A DNA stretch of 64,000 nucleotides. Source: Gaiellaceae bacterium. GTDB taxonomy: Bacteria > Actinomycetota > Thermoleophilia > Gaiellales > Gaiellaceae. A model generated the notes under the pieces. It saw only the letters and a program-made list of their open reading frames with translations. It made no database searches and had not been told where the DNA came from. Of the stretch, positions 7,916-18,378 are shown piece by piece. The first letter of the stretch is position 1. Each line of letters opens with the position of its first letter. The stretch lies in assembly GCA_038910715.1 (NCBI GenBank), contig JBCKBY010000001.1:13009-77008 (forward strand), written 5' to 3'. The position numbers and the translations under genes were made by a program.

Positions 7916-10490
7916 TCAAGGTCGCCCTACGCGGTCTCGCCGGCCGCAAGCTTCGCGCGGCTTTGACTGGTATCGCGATCGTCCTCGGCGTCGCGATGAT
8001 CAGCGGTACCTACATCCTCACGGACACGATCAACCGCGCCTTCACGACGCTCTTCACGGAGTCGTACGCGGAGACCGACGCGGTTGTGACCGGTCGGGGG
8101 CTCGACATCTCGTTCGAGGGGTCGGCTCCGCCGCCCCCGCCCGTCGACGCGTCGGTGCTCGAGACCGTGCGGGCGGTGCCGGAGGTCGCGCTTGCGTCCG
8201 GCAGCATCGTCGACGAGGTCAACACGAAGATCCTGACCCCCGAAGGCAAGGCTGTCTCTTCCGAGGGAGCTCCGACCTTCGGGTTCGGCATCGACACTGA
8301 TCCCGAGTTCGCGCAGTTCAATCCCCTGAACCTCTACGAGGGGCGCTGGCCGGCTGCGGCCGGCGAGGTCGTCATCGACGCCGGCACCGCCGACAAGCAG
8401 GGCTACGCCGTCGGCGACACGGTCGAGATCACCACGCTGCAGCCGAAGCGTGTATTCGAGCTCGTCGGCATCGCCCAGTACGGCAGCCTCGACAGTCTCG
8501 GCAACGCGAGCTTCACCGTATTCACGATCCCGGCTGCCCAGGAGCTCCTCGACCGTGAGGGTCAGTACGACGCATCTCGGTCGCCGCCCGTGAGGGGATC
8601 TCCGAAGACGAGCTCGTCGCGGCGATCGAGCCGGCCCTTCCGGCCGACGCGAAGGTCGTCAGCGCGACGGCGGAAGCCCAGGAGCAGGTGGACGAGGTGA
8701 ACGAGTTCACGAAGTTTTTCAGCTACTTCCTGCTCGCATTCGCCGGAATCGCGCTTTTCGTCGGCGCGTTCGTCATCTTCAACACCTTCTCGATCACCGT
8801 CGCTCAGCGGACACGCGAGTTCGCCACGATGAGGACGATCGGCGCGTCGCGGAGGCAGGTCCTCGCATCGGTGATCCTCGAGTCGCTCGTCATCGGGCTC
8901 GTCGCGTCGCTCATCGGGCTCGGGCTCGGCGTGCTGCTTGCCGAGGGGATCGAGTCGCTGTTCCGAAGCCTCGGCGTCGAGCTCCCGACCGCCGATCGCG
9001 TGTTTGCGACGCGGACGGTGGTCGTCTCGCTGATCGTCGGCGTCGGAATCACGCTCCTCGCAGGCCTGTTCCCCGCGCTCCGTGCGACGCGCGTGCCGCC
9101 GATCGCAGCCGTGCGCGAAGGCGCGACGCTTCCGCATTCGCGATTCGCACGATTCACTCCCTGGATTGCGGCGATCGCCAGCGTCGTCGCGCTACTCGCG
9201 CTCGCTCGCGCGATGTTCGCGGATGAGCTCGGCACCGGCGATCGGCTGCTCTCGATCGCGGGCGGCGTGCTTCTGCTCTTCCTCGGCGTCGCCATGCTTT
9301 CGTCGCATCTTGTGAAGCCGATCGCGTCCGTGGTGGGGCTACCGGCGCGCAGCGTAGGAGGAGTAGCCGGCCGGCTCGCGAGCGGAAATGCGGTTCGCAA
9401 CCCGGGCAGGACGGCAGCAACTGCCGCGGCGTTGATGATCGGCATCGCGCTCGTCTCGTTCATCGCGACGCTGACGAACGGGATGAAGGCGTCGAATCGC
9501 GAGGCGATCGAGGAGCAGATCCTCGCCGACTACGTCGTCACCTCGCAGGACGGGTACACGCCGTTCGTCGCCGCGGCAGGCGACGCGCTCGCCGCGTCTT
9601 CCCTGCCCGAGGTCGTGACCAGCGTGCGCTCTGAGGTCGGGCAAGTGAACGGCGACACTGCCGAGATCGGCGGCATCGAGCCGGACACGATCGCCGCGGC
9701 GTACCGCTTCGTGTGGCAGGAGGGCGACGACGGCGTGCTCGCCACGCTCGGAACGACGAGCGCGGTCGTCAGCAGTAACTTCGCGGAGGATCACGACATC
9801 ACCGTCGGGAGCGTGCTGACGCTCCGCTCGACCGCCGACCGCACGGCCGACGTGACGGTCGTGGGGACGTTCGAGCCGCCGCCGTTCTACCCGTTGCTCG
9901 AGAGCGTGAACGTCTCGACGGAGCTCTTCGACTCGCTCTACGACCGGCCGCGCAACCGCTGGACGTGGGCGAACGTCGCCGGCGACTCGACCGACGAGAA
10001 CCGGGCGCAGATGGAGGTGGCAATCGCCGGTTATCCCGACACGCAGCTCGAAACCCGTGAGGAGTGGATCGACCGCGAGGACGCGGACTTCAACCAGTTC
10101 ATCTCGTTCCTCTACGTCATGCTGACGCTCGCCGTGTTCGTGAGCATCTTCGGGATGATCAACACGCTCGTCCTCTCGGTCTACGAGCGCACGCGAGAGA
10201 TCGGGATGCTGCGCACGATCGGGATGACACGTCGGCAGGTGCGCCGGATGATCAGGCAAGAGAGCGTCATCACCGCGCTGATCGGCGCTGCGCTCGGGCT
10301 CCCGCTCGGGATCTTCCTCGCCGCGCTCGTCAACCGAGCGTTGAGTGAGTTCGATGTGCGGTTCTCGATCCCGTGGTTGCAGCTCGTGGTGCTCACGATC
10401 GTCGCGATCGTCATCGGGATCCTCGCTGCGATCATGCCGGCACGGCGCGCGGCGAAGCTCAACCCGCTCGAAGCCATCGCGTACGAGTAG
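7912..10490 (+). pseudogene. Double-FtsX-domain ABC permease, interrupted by a single-base frameshift near 8571 (true pseudogene or assembly error)
   Basis: ORF 7912-8700 is family-like only up to ...LLDREGQYD. Homology to the downstream paralogue continues in the +2 frame from 8571 (RISVAAREGISEDELVAAIEPALPADAKVV...) into ORF 8688-10490. That second frame is open from 8559. Confidence 0.7.
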
Positions 10491-10495
10491 GTGGC

Positions 10496-13441
10496 GTGAC
10501 GAAGTTCGCGATCCGTGGACTCCTGAGCCGCAAGCTTCGGACAGCGCTCACGGCGATCGCGATCGTCCTCGGCGTCGCCATGATCAGCGGCACGTACGTC
10601 CTCACGGACTCGATCGACCAGGCGTTCGACAGGATCTTCACGGACATCCGCAAGGGCTCGAGCGCGGTGATCACCGGAAGGTCGGCCTTCGACCTCTCCG
10701 ACGGCAGCGGCGTGACCGATCCGACGCTGGAGGAGAGCTTGCTCGGCGAGGTGCGCGAGCTTCCGAGCGTCGCGCAAGCCGAGGGGAGCGTCGACTCAGA
10801 CGCGACGCAGCTCATCGGAGACGACGGAAAGGCCGTCGTGTCAGGCGGGGCCCCGAACCTCGGGTTCTCGATCTCCGACGGCGAGTCGGACTTCAATCCG
10901 CTGACCCTCGTCGATGGAGCGTGGCCGGGCCCTGACGAGGTCGTCGTGGACAAGGAGACGGCCGCCGACCAGGGCTTCGAAGTGGGGGAGACGATCGGGG
11001 TGCAAGCCGAGGGCCCCGTCGAGCGCGTCCGAGTCTCCGGAGTCGTGCAGTTCGGCTCGGGCCTCACGATCGGTGGGGCGACCTTGGCCGGCTTCGATCT
11101 CGCGACGGCGCAACGACTCTTCAAGAAGGTCGGAAGGCTCGACGAGATCGCCGCCGCGGCGAAACCCGACGTGCTCGACGCCGAGCTCGTGAGCCAGATC
11201 GAGGAGATCCTGCCACCGGGGGCCCAAGTGAAGACGGGCGGCGAGCAGGCGCAGGCGGACTCCTCGGAGACCAGCGAGTTCATCTCCTTCCTTCAGACCT
11301 TTCTCCTCGCCTTCGGCGGTATCGCCCTGTTCGTCGGCTCGTTCGTGATCGCCAACTCCCTCTCGATCACGATCGCCCAGCGGACCCGAGAGTTCGCGAC
11401 CCTGCGGACCCTAGGCGCGACGAATCGCCAAGTGCTCGGGTCGATCCTCGCCGAGGCCGTCGTAATCGGCGTCGTCGCTTCTGTCGTTGGCCTCTTCCTC
11501 GGGCTTCTGCTAGCCAAGGGTCTCTTTCGGCTCTTCGATCTCGTGGGCTTTACGCTGCCGAATTCGGGCCTCGTCTTCGAGCCGCGCACGATCGTCGTCG
11601 CGTTGGCCGTCGGAATCCTTGTGACGGTCTTGGCCAGCGTCTACCCAGGCGTTCGCGCGACCATGGTCCCGCCGATTGCGGCCGTGCGAGAGGGTGCGAC
11701 CCTTCCCGGCGAGCCGCTCGACAGTGTCCGAAGCATCGGGACCGCGGCGCTGATGACCGGTGTCGGTGTAATCGTCGGCGTCTTCGCCATCACGACGACG
11801 CCGGGCAATGCCCTCGTCAGCTCTCTGCTCGCCGTGCTCGGTCTCATTCTCGTGCTCTTCGGCTGCGCGCTCTTCCCATCGCGCTCGCTCGGTGCACTGG
11901 TGTCGTGCGGCCTGGGTCTTGCAGCCCTGATCTACGGGCTGTTCGTCCCGGGCCTCGGCACGACGAGCGTGCTGCTCTGGATGGGTGTCGGTGTGTTGCT
12001 GATGTTCTTTGGCGTCGCGCGGGTCACGACGCGGCTCATTCCGAGCCTGTCCGCGTTCATGTCTCCGATCGCGCGCTGGTCCGTGTTCGCGCTGCTCGTC
12101 CTCTTCTGGCCGTTCTTCACGCTTCCGTATTGGCTTCTCCGTCACGGCGCCTGGGGGCCCGGCCCTGCGGGCAAGCGCGTGTTCGCCTTCGTAGGCGGTG
12201 CACTTCTCAACCCGCTGATCCTCGCGATCGTGCTCCTGATGTGGCTGCGAAAGGCCGTCCGTCACTGGGAACCGGAGTGGCCGGCCGAGTTCCCCGGCGT
12301 CATCCCCGACCGATCGACGATCCAGGTCGGCAGCGAGAACGCTAGGCGCAATCCGCAACGGACAGCCTCTACCGCGGCGGCGCTCATGATCGGCCTCGCG
12401 CTCGTCACGCTCGTGGCCACCCTGGCCGCCGGGATCATCGCGTCGTTCGAGGGAGCGGTGAACGACCTCTGGAAGAACTCCGACTCCGACTACGCGATCA
12501 CCGCGCAGAACGACTTCTCGCCGATACCGGTTGACGCTGCAGATACAGCGGGCCAGGCACCGGGCGTCGTTGCGGTGATGAACGTCCGTACTGGCGAGGT
12601 GCGAGCCTTCGACGAGACGATCTTCGGGACAGCGGTCGACCCGACGGCTCGCGACCTGATCGCGCTCGAATGGAAAGACGGCTCGCAGGACGTGATGGCG
12701 AATCTCGGCATCGACGGCGTGTTCGTCGACGACGGCTATGCGGATAGCAACGATCTCGTCGTGGGTTCGCCCATCGAGCTGACGTTCCCCAGCGGCGCGA
12801 AGGAGGCCTATGTCGTCGAGGGGATCTTCGATCCACCGACGGGAGGCTCACCGTTCGGCAACGTGACCCTCTCGACCCAGGCTTGGGACGCGAAGGTCGA
12901 GAACCCGCGCAATCTCTACACCTTCATCGCCGTGGAAGGCGACGTGAGTGCCGCGAACACACTCGTCCTCGAGGAGGCGCTCGCCGACTTCCCGAACGCG
13001 AAGGTGCAGACGCGCGAGGAGTTCATCAACAACCAGATCTCCGGGTTGAAGTCCGTGCTCAACATCCTCTACGTCCTGCTCGCGCTGTCCGTGATCGTGA
13101 GTCTGTTCGGGATCGTGAACACGCTCGTCCTCACGGTGTTCGAGCGGACGCGGGAGATCGGGATGCTGCGCGCGATCGGGATGACCCGGCGTCAGGTGCG
13201 TCGGATGATCCGGCACGAGAGCGTTATCACCGCGCTTATCGGAGCTGCGCTGGGGATCGCGCTCGGGATCGTGCTCGCGGCGCTGCTCATCGCTCGCGTG
13301 GACTTCCTCGTCTTCTCGTTCCCCACGACCCAGGTGATCGTGTTCGTGATCGCCGCGATCGTCGTCGGGATCGTGGCCGCGATCTTCCCCGCACGGCGTG
13401 CAGCGAAGCTCGATCCGCTCCGGGCGATCGCGTACGAGTGA
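10496..13441 (+). CDS. Double-FtsX-domain ABC permease (paralogue of 7912-10490) with an extra multi-TM insert
   Basis: GTG 10496 gives MTKFAIRGLLSRKLRTALTAIAIVLGVAMISGTY, parallel to the MIKVALRGLAGRKLRAALTGIAIVLGVAMISGTY of the paralogue. C-terminus matches as well (ERTREIGMLRAIGMTRRQVRRMIRHESVITAL). Confidence 0.8.
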   Translation: MTKFAIRGLLSRKLRTALTAIAIVLGVAMISGTYVLTDSIDQAFDRIFTDIRKGSSAVITGRSAFDLSDGSGVTDPTLEESLLGEVRELPSVAQAEGSVDSDATQLIGDDGKAVVSGGAPNLGFSISDGESDFNPLTLVDGAWPGPDEVVVDKETAADQGFEVGETIGVQAEGPVERVRVSGVVQFGSGLTIGGATLAGFDLATAQRLFKKVGRLDEIAAAAKPDVLDAELVSQIEEILPPGAQVKTGGEQAQADSSETSEFISFLQTFLLAFGGIALFVGSFVIANSLSITIAQRTREFATLRTLGATNRQVLGSILAEAVVIGVVASVVGLFLGLLLAKGLFRLFDLVGFTLPNSGLVFEPRTIVVALAVGILVTVLASVYPGVRATMVPPIAAVREGATLPGEPLDSVRSIGTAALMTGVGVIVGVFAITTTPGNALVSSLLAVLGLILVLFGCALFPSRSLGALVSCGLGLAALIYGLFVPGLGTTSVLLWMGVGVLLMFFGVARVTTRLIPSLSAFMSPIARWSVFALLVLFWPFFTLPYWLLRHGAWGPGPAGKRVFAFVGGALLNPLILAIVLLMWLRKAVRHWEPEWPAEFPGVIPDRSTIQVGSENARRNPQRTASTAAALMIGLALVTLVATLAAGIIASFEGAVNDLWKNSDSDYAITAQNDFSPIPVDAADTAGQAPGVVAVMNVRTGEVRAFDETIFGTAVDPTARDLIALEWKDGSQDVMANLGIDGVFVDDGYADSNDLVVGSPIELTFPSGAKEAYVVEGIFDPPTGGSPFGNVTLSTQAWDAKVENPRNLYTFIAVEGDVSAANTLVLEEALADFPNAKVQTREEFINNQISGLKSVLNILYVLLALSVIVSLFGIVNTLVLTVFERTREIGMLRAIGMTRRQVRRMIRHESVITALIGAALGIALGIVLAALLIARVDFLVFSFPTTQVIVFVIAAIVVGIVAAIFPARRAAKLDPLRAIAYE

Positions 13442-13447
13442 GCCGGG

Positions 13448-14647
13448 TCAGCCGAGCCTGACGACGCCGTCCTCGGCGAGGGCGGCTATTTCGCTCTCGG
13501 CATAACCAAGCTCGTGCAGCACTTCGGCGGAGTGCTCGCCGACGAGTGGCGGAGACGACCGATGTTGCGCTCGCTCCCCGTCGAAAGAGAAGGGGAGCGC
13601 CGCGAGGCGAAGGTCGGGGATCTGGGGGTGAGCAACGGCTTGAATCATCTCGAGCGCGTTCGTCTGGGGTGCATTCACGACGTCGGCGACGTCCGCGACG
13701 GGTGCGGCCGGAACCCCGGCAGCCGTCAGTCGCTCCTGCCACTCTGCCGTGTCGCGCTCTCGCAGCCGGGTCGAGAGTAGAGCGACGAGCTCCTCGCGAT
13801 TCGCTACCCGGTCCGGATTCGTCAGGAATCGCGAATCAGATCCGAGCTCGCTCATGCCGATCGCGTCGCCGAGGAGCGAGAAGAGCCGGTCGTTGCCCCC
13901 AGCGATCATCAGCTCGCCGTCGCGCGTCGGAAAGACCTGGTACGGGGCAACCATGGGGAAGGCGGTTCCCTGACCTGACGGGACGGTGCCGTCGGCGAGG
14001 TACCCGACGAGGTGGTACCCGACATAGCCGAGCGCAGTCTCGTACAGGGAGGTGTCGACGAGTGTGCCCTCACCGGTCTTCTCGCGCTCGAGCAACGCCG
14101 CGACGATCCCGAGCGCCGACCACATCCCGGTACCCATGTCGATGAGCGACGAGCCGACCCGTGCGCCAGGGCGACCTGGCTCTCCCGTCATGCTGATGAG
14201 GCCCCCGGCGGCCTGCATGAGCGCGTCGTAACCCGGCTCGTTCGAGAGCGGCCCCACGTGTCCATAGGCTCCGACGGAGCAGTAGACGAGCCGCAGGTTG
14301 CGCGCGCGGATCGTCTCGGCGCCGAGGCCCATGCGCTCGGCGAGCCCAGGGCGGAGGCTCTGCAGGAAGACATCGGCGTCGTCGGCCAGTCGTCGCACGA
14401 TCTCCCGTCCACGCTGGTCCGCGAGCGAGACGGCCAGCGAGCGCTTGCCCGCGTTTACGGAGAGGAACATCGCGCTCTCGCCGTTCCAGAACGGCGGTCC
14501 CCACGCGCGACCGTCGTCGCCGGTGTCCGGGCGCTCGACTTTGACCACCTCGGCTCCGAGCGACGCGAGGATCTCCGCGCAGTAGGGCCCGGCGATCGAG
14601 GTGGTCACGTCGACGACCTTCATGTTCGCGAGCGGGAGGAAAGGCAT
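13448..14647 (-). CDS. CaiB/BaiF family (class III) CoA-transferase
   Basis: MPFLPLANMKVVDVTTSIAGPYCAEILASLGAEVVKVERP is the typical family N-terminus. ATG 14647 chosen; an in-frame TTG lies at 14656. Confidence 0.85.
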   Translation of the reverse strand: MPFLPLANMKVVDVTTSIAGPYCAEILASLGAEVVKVERPDTGDDGRAWGPPFWNGESAMFLSVNAGKRSLAVSLADQRGREIVRRLADDADVFLQSLRPGLAERMGLGAETIRARNLRLVYCSVGAYGHVGPLSNEPGYDALMQAAGGLISMTGEPGRPGARVGSSLIDMGTGMWSALGIVAALLEREKTGEGTLVDTSLYETALGYVGYHLVGYLADGTVPSGQGTAFPMVAPYQVFPTRDGELMIAGGNDRLFSLLGDAIGMSELGSDSRFLTNPDRVANREELVALLSTRLRERDTAEWQERLTAAGVPAAPVADVADVVNAPQTNALEMIQAVAHPQIPDLRLAALPFSFDGERAQHRSSPPLVGEHSAEVLHELGYAESEIAALAEDGVVRLG

Positions 14648-14669
14648 CGGGGCCAATCATCCCCGCTGA

Positions 14670-14688
14670 ATCGGTGTCAGACACCGAT
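14670..14688. promoter_or_regulatory. 19-bp perfect palindrome atcggtgtc-a-gacaccgat
   Basis: Lies in the divergent CoA-transferase/dedA intergenic region, 23 nt upstream of ATG 14647 and 3 nt from a minus-strand TTGACA (14697-14692). Confidence 0.5.
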
Positions 14689-14805
14689 GACTGTCAAGAG
14701 CAAGGTGTGCCAAGGGTGTGGAAGATCTTTCACGGGCTCGTCTCACACCCTCCCTCTGCGAGGATGGTGAGATGGTTGATCGGCAATTCCTCGCCGCGCG
14801 GCTGG

Positions 14806-14899
14806 TGGCTGAGACACGGCGCCGGCTGGCGCCGCCCGTCCTCGCCCGTATTCCCGATACGCGCTCGGACGGGCGGCGTCCCCGGCTTGGTCTCAGCCA
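14806..14899. other. ~94-nt rod-like imperfect hairpin (long inverted repeat) upstream of dedA
   Basis: Nested complementary arms are tggctgagac/gtctcagcca, gccgg/ccggc, cgccgcccgtcc/ggacgggcggcg and apical cgtat/atacg. Confidence 0.5.
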
Positions 14900-14935
14900 T
14901 CCCCGCATCGACGGCAATCACCGATCAACCATCTG

Positions 14936-15559
14936 ATGCCGAACTGGCTCGACTTCGATCAGATAGCCGACTGGGTCTCGGGCTCCTCGTGGAGCTACTT
15001 CGTGATCTTCATCGTCGCGGTGATCGACGCGTTCTTCCCGCTCGTGCCCAGCGAGACGGTGCTCGTGATCGGCGGCAGCTTCGCGGCGTCAGGCGATCTC
15101 AACCTCCTGTTCGTGATCCTCGCGGGCGCAGCCGGCGCGATCCTGGGCGACAACATCTCGTACGGGATCGGAACGCTCGTCGGCGAGAGGACGGTGAAGC
15201 GCTGGTTCCGGAGTGAGAAAGCGCACAAGCGGTTCGAATGGGCGGAGCGGACGCTCGACGAGCGCGGCGCGTACATCATCATCATCGCCCGCTTCATCCC
15301 CGGAGGGAGAACGGCGATCACGTTCTCAGCCGGATACGTGCACTCGCTCACCTGGCGGCGGTTCATCGTCTACGACGTCGTCGCCTGTGTGATCTGGGGA
15401 ACGTACGGCGCCATGCTCGGCTACTTCGGCGGCAAGACGTTCGAGAACCACCCGTTCTACGGCGTTCTCCTCGCGCTCGGCATCGCGCTGACGCTGGGAC
15501 TCGCCATCGAGGTCGTACGGCACGCTCGCGCCCGGCGTCGCGCCCGTATCAGTGGCTGA
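14936..15559 (+). CDS. DedA/VTT-domain family membrane protein
   Basis: 207 aa with DedA motifs (FFPLVPSETVLVIGG, RFIPGGRTAITFSAG). Confidence 0.85.
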   Translation: MPNWLDFDQIADWVSGSSWSYFVIFIVAVIDAFFPLVPSETVLVIGGSFAASGDLNLLFVILAGAAGAILGDNISYGIGTLVGERTVKRWFRSEKAHKRFEWAERTLDERGAYIIIIARFIPGGRTAITFSAGYVHSLTWRRFIVYDVVACVIWGTYGAMLGYFGGKTFENHPFYGVLLALGIALTLGLAIEVVRHARARRRARISG

Positions 15560-15971
15560 CGCGGCTTAAGCTCTCGGCCGCGGCGCGTCCGTGAACGCCG
15601 AGCGCTTTTAGGTCACGGTGCGCGATGCCTGCGGCCAGCAGGAACACGAAGATCGCGAGGCCGCCGTGGAAGCCGTGGATCCAGCCGCTTGCGGGATCCT
15701 CGGCGGGCGGCGCGAGGAAGATCTGGATCGTGCCGAGAATCGGCAGCGCGATCGAGACCCCCGCCTTGCGCCAGACACCCCAGTAGGCGACGAGGCCGGA
15801 GATCAGCACGATGATCTCGAGCAGCCAGATGATGCCCCCCACACCAGTGTGGGCGTCGACCGCGTCCTCAGCGCCGGAGATCCACGAGGCGATGAAGTAG
15901 AGCTGGAGGATGACTCCGATCGCGACGAGCGACGCCGCGAGCGAGCTGATCCAGAGGAAGACACGCTTCAC
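15549..15971 (-). CDS. Small integral membrane protein, about 4 TM helices, unknown function
   Basis: 140-aa hydrophobic ORF. GTG start is preceded by gggagga. 3' end overlaps dedA convergently by 11 nt. Confidence 0.55.
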   Translation of the reverse strand: MKRVFLWISSLAASLVAIGVILQLYFIASWISGAEDAVDAHTGVGGIIWLLEIIVLISGLVAYWGVWRKAGVSIALPILGTIQIFLAPPAEDPASGWIHGFHGGLAIFVFLLAAGIAHRDLKALGVHGRAAAESLSRVSH

Positions 15972-16050
15972 GGCAGGGCATCCTCCCGTATCGCGCTGGT
16001 TCAGTCAACCTGCGCTTGCAGCTTGCCTCGCGCACTGAAATGATCGCGCG

Positions 16051-16413
16051 ATGGCGAAAATTCTCGTTCACGTCACTTGTGGGCCGGAGAACCCGACCAA
16101 AGCGGCGCTCGGGTTCTTAGTGGCCAAGTCTGCGATTGACGAAGGGCACGAGGTGTCGATGTTCCTCGCAGGCGATGGCGTCCAGCTGCTGCGCGACGCT
16201 GTGCTCGACTCGCTCACAGGGCTGGGAACCGGGAGCCTCCGCGAGTCGTACGACGCGGTCGTCGCGAGCGGAGCACGGCTCTATGCGTCGGGCATGTCCA
16301 GCAAGGCCCGTGGGGTGGCCGAGTCGGATCTCGATGGGAAGCCGGTCGAGTTCGCGATGCCGAGCCGGCTGATACAGCTCGCGCTCGAGAGCGACCGCGT
16401 CATCACGTACTAG
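16051..16413 (+). CDS. DsrE/DsrF-like sulfur-relay family protein
   Basis: 120 aa. [28 protein letters not shown] and a later ASGMS segment resemble the DsrE-fold family. Confidence 0.7.
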   Translation: MAKILVHVTCGPENPTKAALGFLVAKSAIDEGHEVSMFLAGDGVQLLRDAVLDSLTGLGTGSLRESYDAVVASGARLYASGMSSKARGVAESDLDGKPVEFAMPSRLIQLALESDRVITY

Positions 16414-16438
16414 AGCGTCCGGCACGTACGCTCACGGT

Positions 16439-18364
16439 GTGAACCGCCTGGCCGGCGCGACGAGCCCGTATCTGCTACAGCACGCCGAGAACCCGGTCGA
16501 CTGGTACCCGTGGGGGGACGAGGCGTTCGAGCGATCGCGGATCGAGGACAAGCCGCTGCTCGTCTCCGTCGGCTACAGCTCGTGTCACTGGTGTCACGTG
16601 ATGGCGCACGAATCCTTCGAGAGCGTCGCGACGGCTGCCGTCATGAACGAGCTCTTCGTGAACGTGAAGGTCGATCGTGAGGAGCGGCCCGACGTCGACG
16701 CAGTGACGATGGAGGCCACGGTCGGGATGACCGGCTCTGGTGGCTGGCCGACGACGGTCTTCATGACACCCGAGGGCAAGCCGTTCTACGCCGGCACGTA
16801 CTTCCCGCCCGAGCCACGTCATGGCATGCCGAGTTTCGAAGACGTCCTTCGGGCTGTCGCACAAACCTGGCGCGAGCAGCGCGGCGACGTCGATCGCCAG
16901 GCGAGCCGCATCGACGATGCGCTCAGGAGCGTTACCCAGGCGCCGCCCTCGAACGAGCCCCTGACTTCGTCGCTGCTCGGAGATGCGGGTCGCGGCATCG
17001 CTCGCACGTTCGAGCCGGCATTCGGCGGGTTCGGCCGAGCGCCGAAGTTCCCCGCCGCTTCGACGCTGGAGCTCCTGCTGAGGCGAGGCGACGAGCAGTC
17101 GCTCGCGATGGTGACCGCGACGCTCGACGGGATGGCTGCGGGAGGCATGTACGACGTCGTGGGGGGCGGCTTCCACCGCTACTCGGTCGACGACCGCTGG
17201 CTCGTGCCCCATTTCGAGAAGATGCTCTACGACAACGCGGTGCTTGCCTCCGTGTATCTGCACGCGTGGTCCGTCACCGGCAGGGAGCGCTACCGCGACG
17301 TGGTCGAGCAGACGCTCGAGTACATCCTCCGGGAGCTCGCACTCCCGGAAGGTGGACTGGCCTCCGCGCAAGACGCCGATACCGAAGGCATAGAGGGGTT
17401 GACGCACACGTGGACCGTCGATGAGGCAGCTGCTGTGGGATTGCCGAACGACGTGCTCGAGCCGTTCGAACACGGGCGTTACATCGTTTGCGGCGAGCTC
17501 GAGCCGGAGCTACGAGCGCACGCCCTTGCAGAGCGCGCGACACGCCCTCAGCCGTTCCGCGACGACAAGGCCGTCGCGTCGTGGAACGGGCTCGCGCTCG
17601 CAGCGCTCGCAGAGGCGGCGTACCGGCTGGAACGCGAAGACTGGCTCGACGCGGCGCGCAGCGTGGGCGAGTTCTTGCTCGGCCCGCTCTCGGACGAGGA
17701 TGGGGGGCTTCTGCGCTCACATCGGGACGGTCGCTCGAGCGGCGCGGCGTACCTCGACGACTATGCGAACGTCGCGTACGGCTTGCTGGAGCTACACGTC
17801 GCAACCGGCGAGCTGCGCTGGCTGCATGAGGCCCGACGGCTCGCGCTCCTCGCGATCGAGCTCTTCGAGGACGCCGAGCGCGGTGGCTTCTTCCTCTCCG
17901 CGGCGGATGGCGATGCGCGTGTTCCGCGGACGAAGGAGCTTCAGGACACTCCGACTCCCTCAGGGAACTCGATGCTCGCGCTGGTGCTGCTCCGGCTCTC
18001 TCGCATCTGGGGTCACGACGAGCTCGAGCGGCGCGCGGTGTCGGTGTTCCGCCTTGTGGAGCCTGGGGTCAGACGCGCCCCAGGCGCGTTCGCCTGGGCG
18101 CTGTGCGGCCTCGACTTCTGGTTCAGCGCACCTCGGGAGATCGCGATCGTCGGCCCGGTCGACTCACCGGTCGCGCGAGCCGCGCTAGCTCCGTTCCAAC
18201 CGAGCACGGTTGTCGCGGTCGGCCCGTCCGAGGACGTTCCGCTTCTGGCCGGCAAGGGACTCGTGAGCGGCAAGCCGGCCGTATACATCTGCGAGCGGTT
18301 CGCTTGTCAGGCTCCTGTTACGGACCCGTCCGCCCTGGCCGCCTTGACAGGTCCGCTGAGTTAG
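16439..18364 (+). CDS. Thioredoxin-domain protein, DUF255/YyaL family (thioredoxin-like N-domain plus six-hairpin glycosidase-like domain)
   Basis: 641 aa. N-terminus [22 protein letters not shown]...[16 protein letters not shown] is diagnostic of DUF255. Confidence 0.85.
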   Translation: MNRLAGATSPYLLQHAENPVDWYPWGDEAFERSRIEDKPLLVSVGYSSCHWCHVMAHESFESVATAAVMNELFVNVKVDREERPDVDAVTMEATVGMTGSGGWPTTVFMTPEGKPFYAGTYFPPEPRHGMPSFEDVLRAVAQTWREQRGDVDRQASRIDDALRSVTQAPPSNEPLTSSLLGDAGRGIARTFEPAFGGFGRAPKFPAASTLELLLRRGDEQSLAMVTATLDGMAAGGMYDVVGGGFHRYSVDDRWLVPHFEKMLYDNAVLASVYLHAWSVTGRERYRDVVEQTLEYILRELALPEGGLASAQDADTEGIEGLTHTWTVDEAAAVGLPNDVLEPFEHGRYIVCGELEPELRAHALAERATRPQPFRDDKAVASWNGLALAALAEAAYRLEREDWLDAARSVGEFLLGPLSDEDGGLLRSHRDGRSSGAAYLDDYANVAYGLLELHVATGELRWLHEARRLALLAIELFEDAERGGFFLSAADGDARVPRTKELQDTPTPSGNSMLALVLLRLSRIWGHDELERRAVSVFRLVEPGVRRAPGAFAWALCGLDFWFSAPREIAIVGPVDSPVARAALAPFQPSTVVAVGPSEDVPLLAGKGLVSGKPAVYICERFACQAPVTDPSALAALTGPLS

Positions 18365-18378
18365 CTAACCTAGCTAAC
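18362..18378 (+). repeat. Tandem direct repeat TAGCTAAC-c-TAGCTAAC abutting the antitoxin ATG
   Basis: tagctaacctagctaac. The first copy contains the stop codon of the upstream gene, and each copy contains the palindrome TAGCTA. Confidence 0.6.

Noticed and set aside
8556-8575. Programmed ribosomal frameshift in the FtsX permease
   Set aside because: There is no slippery heptamer or downstream stimulatory structure at the junction. A simple 1-nt deletion or sequencing error explains it.
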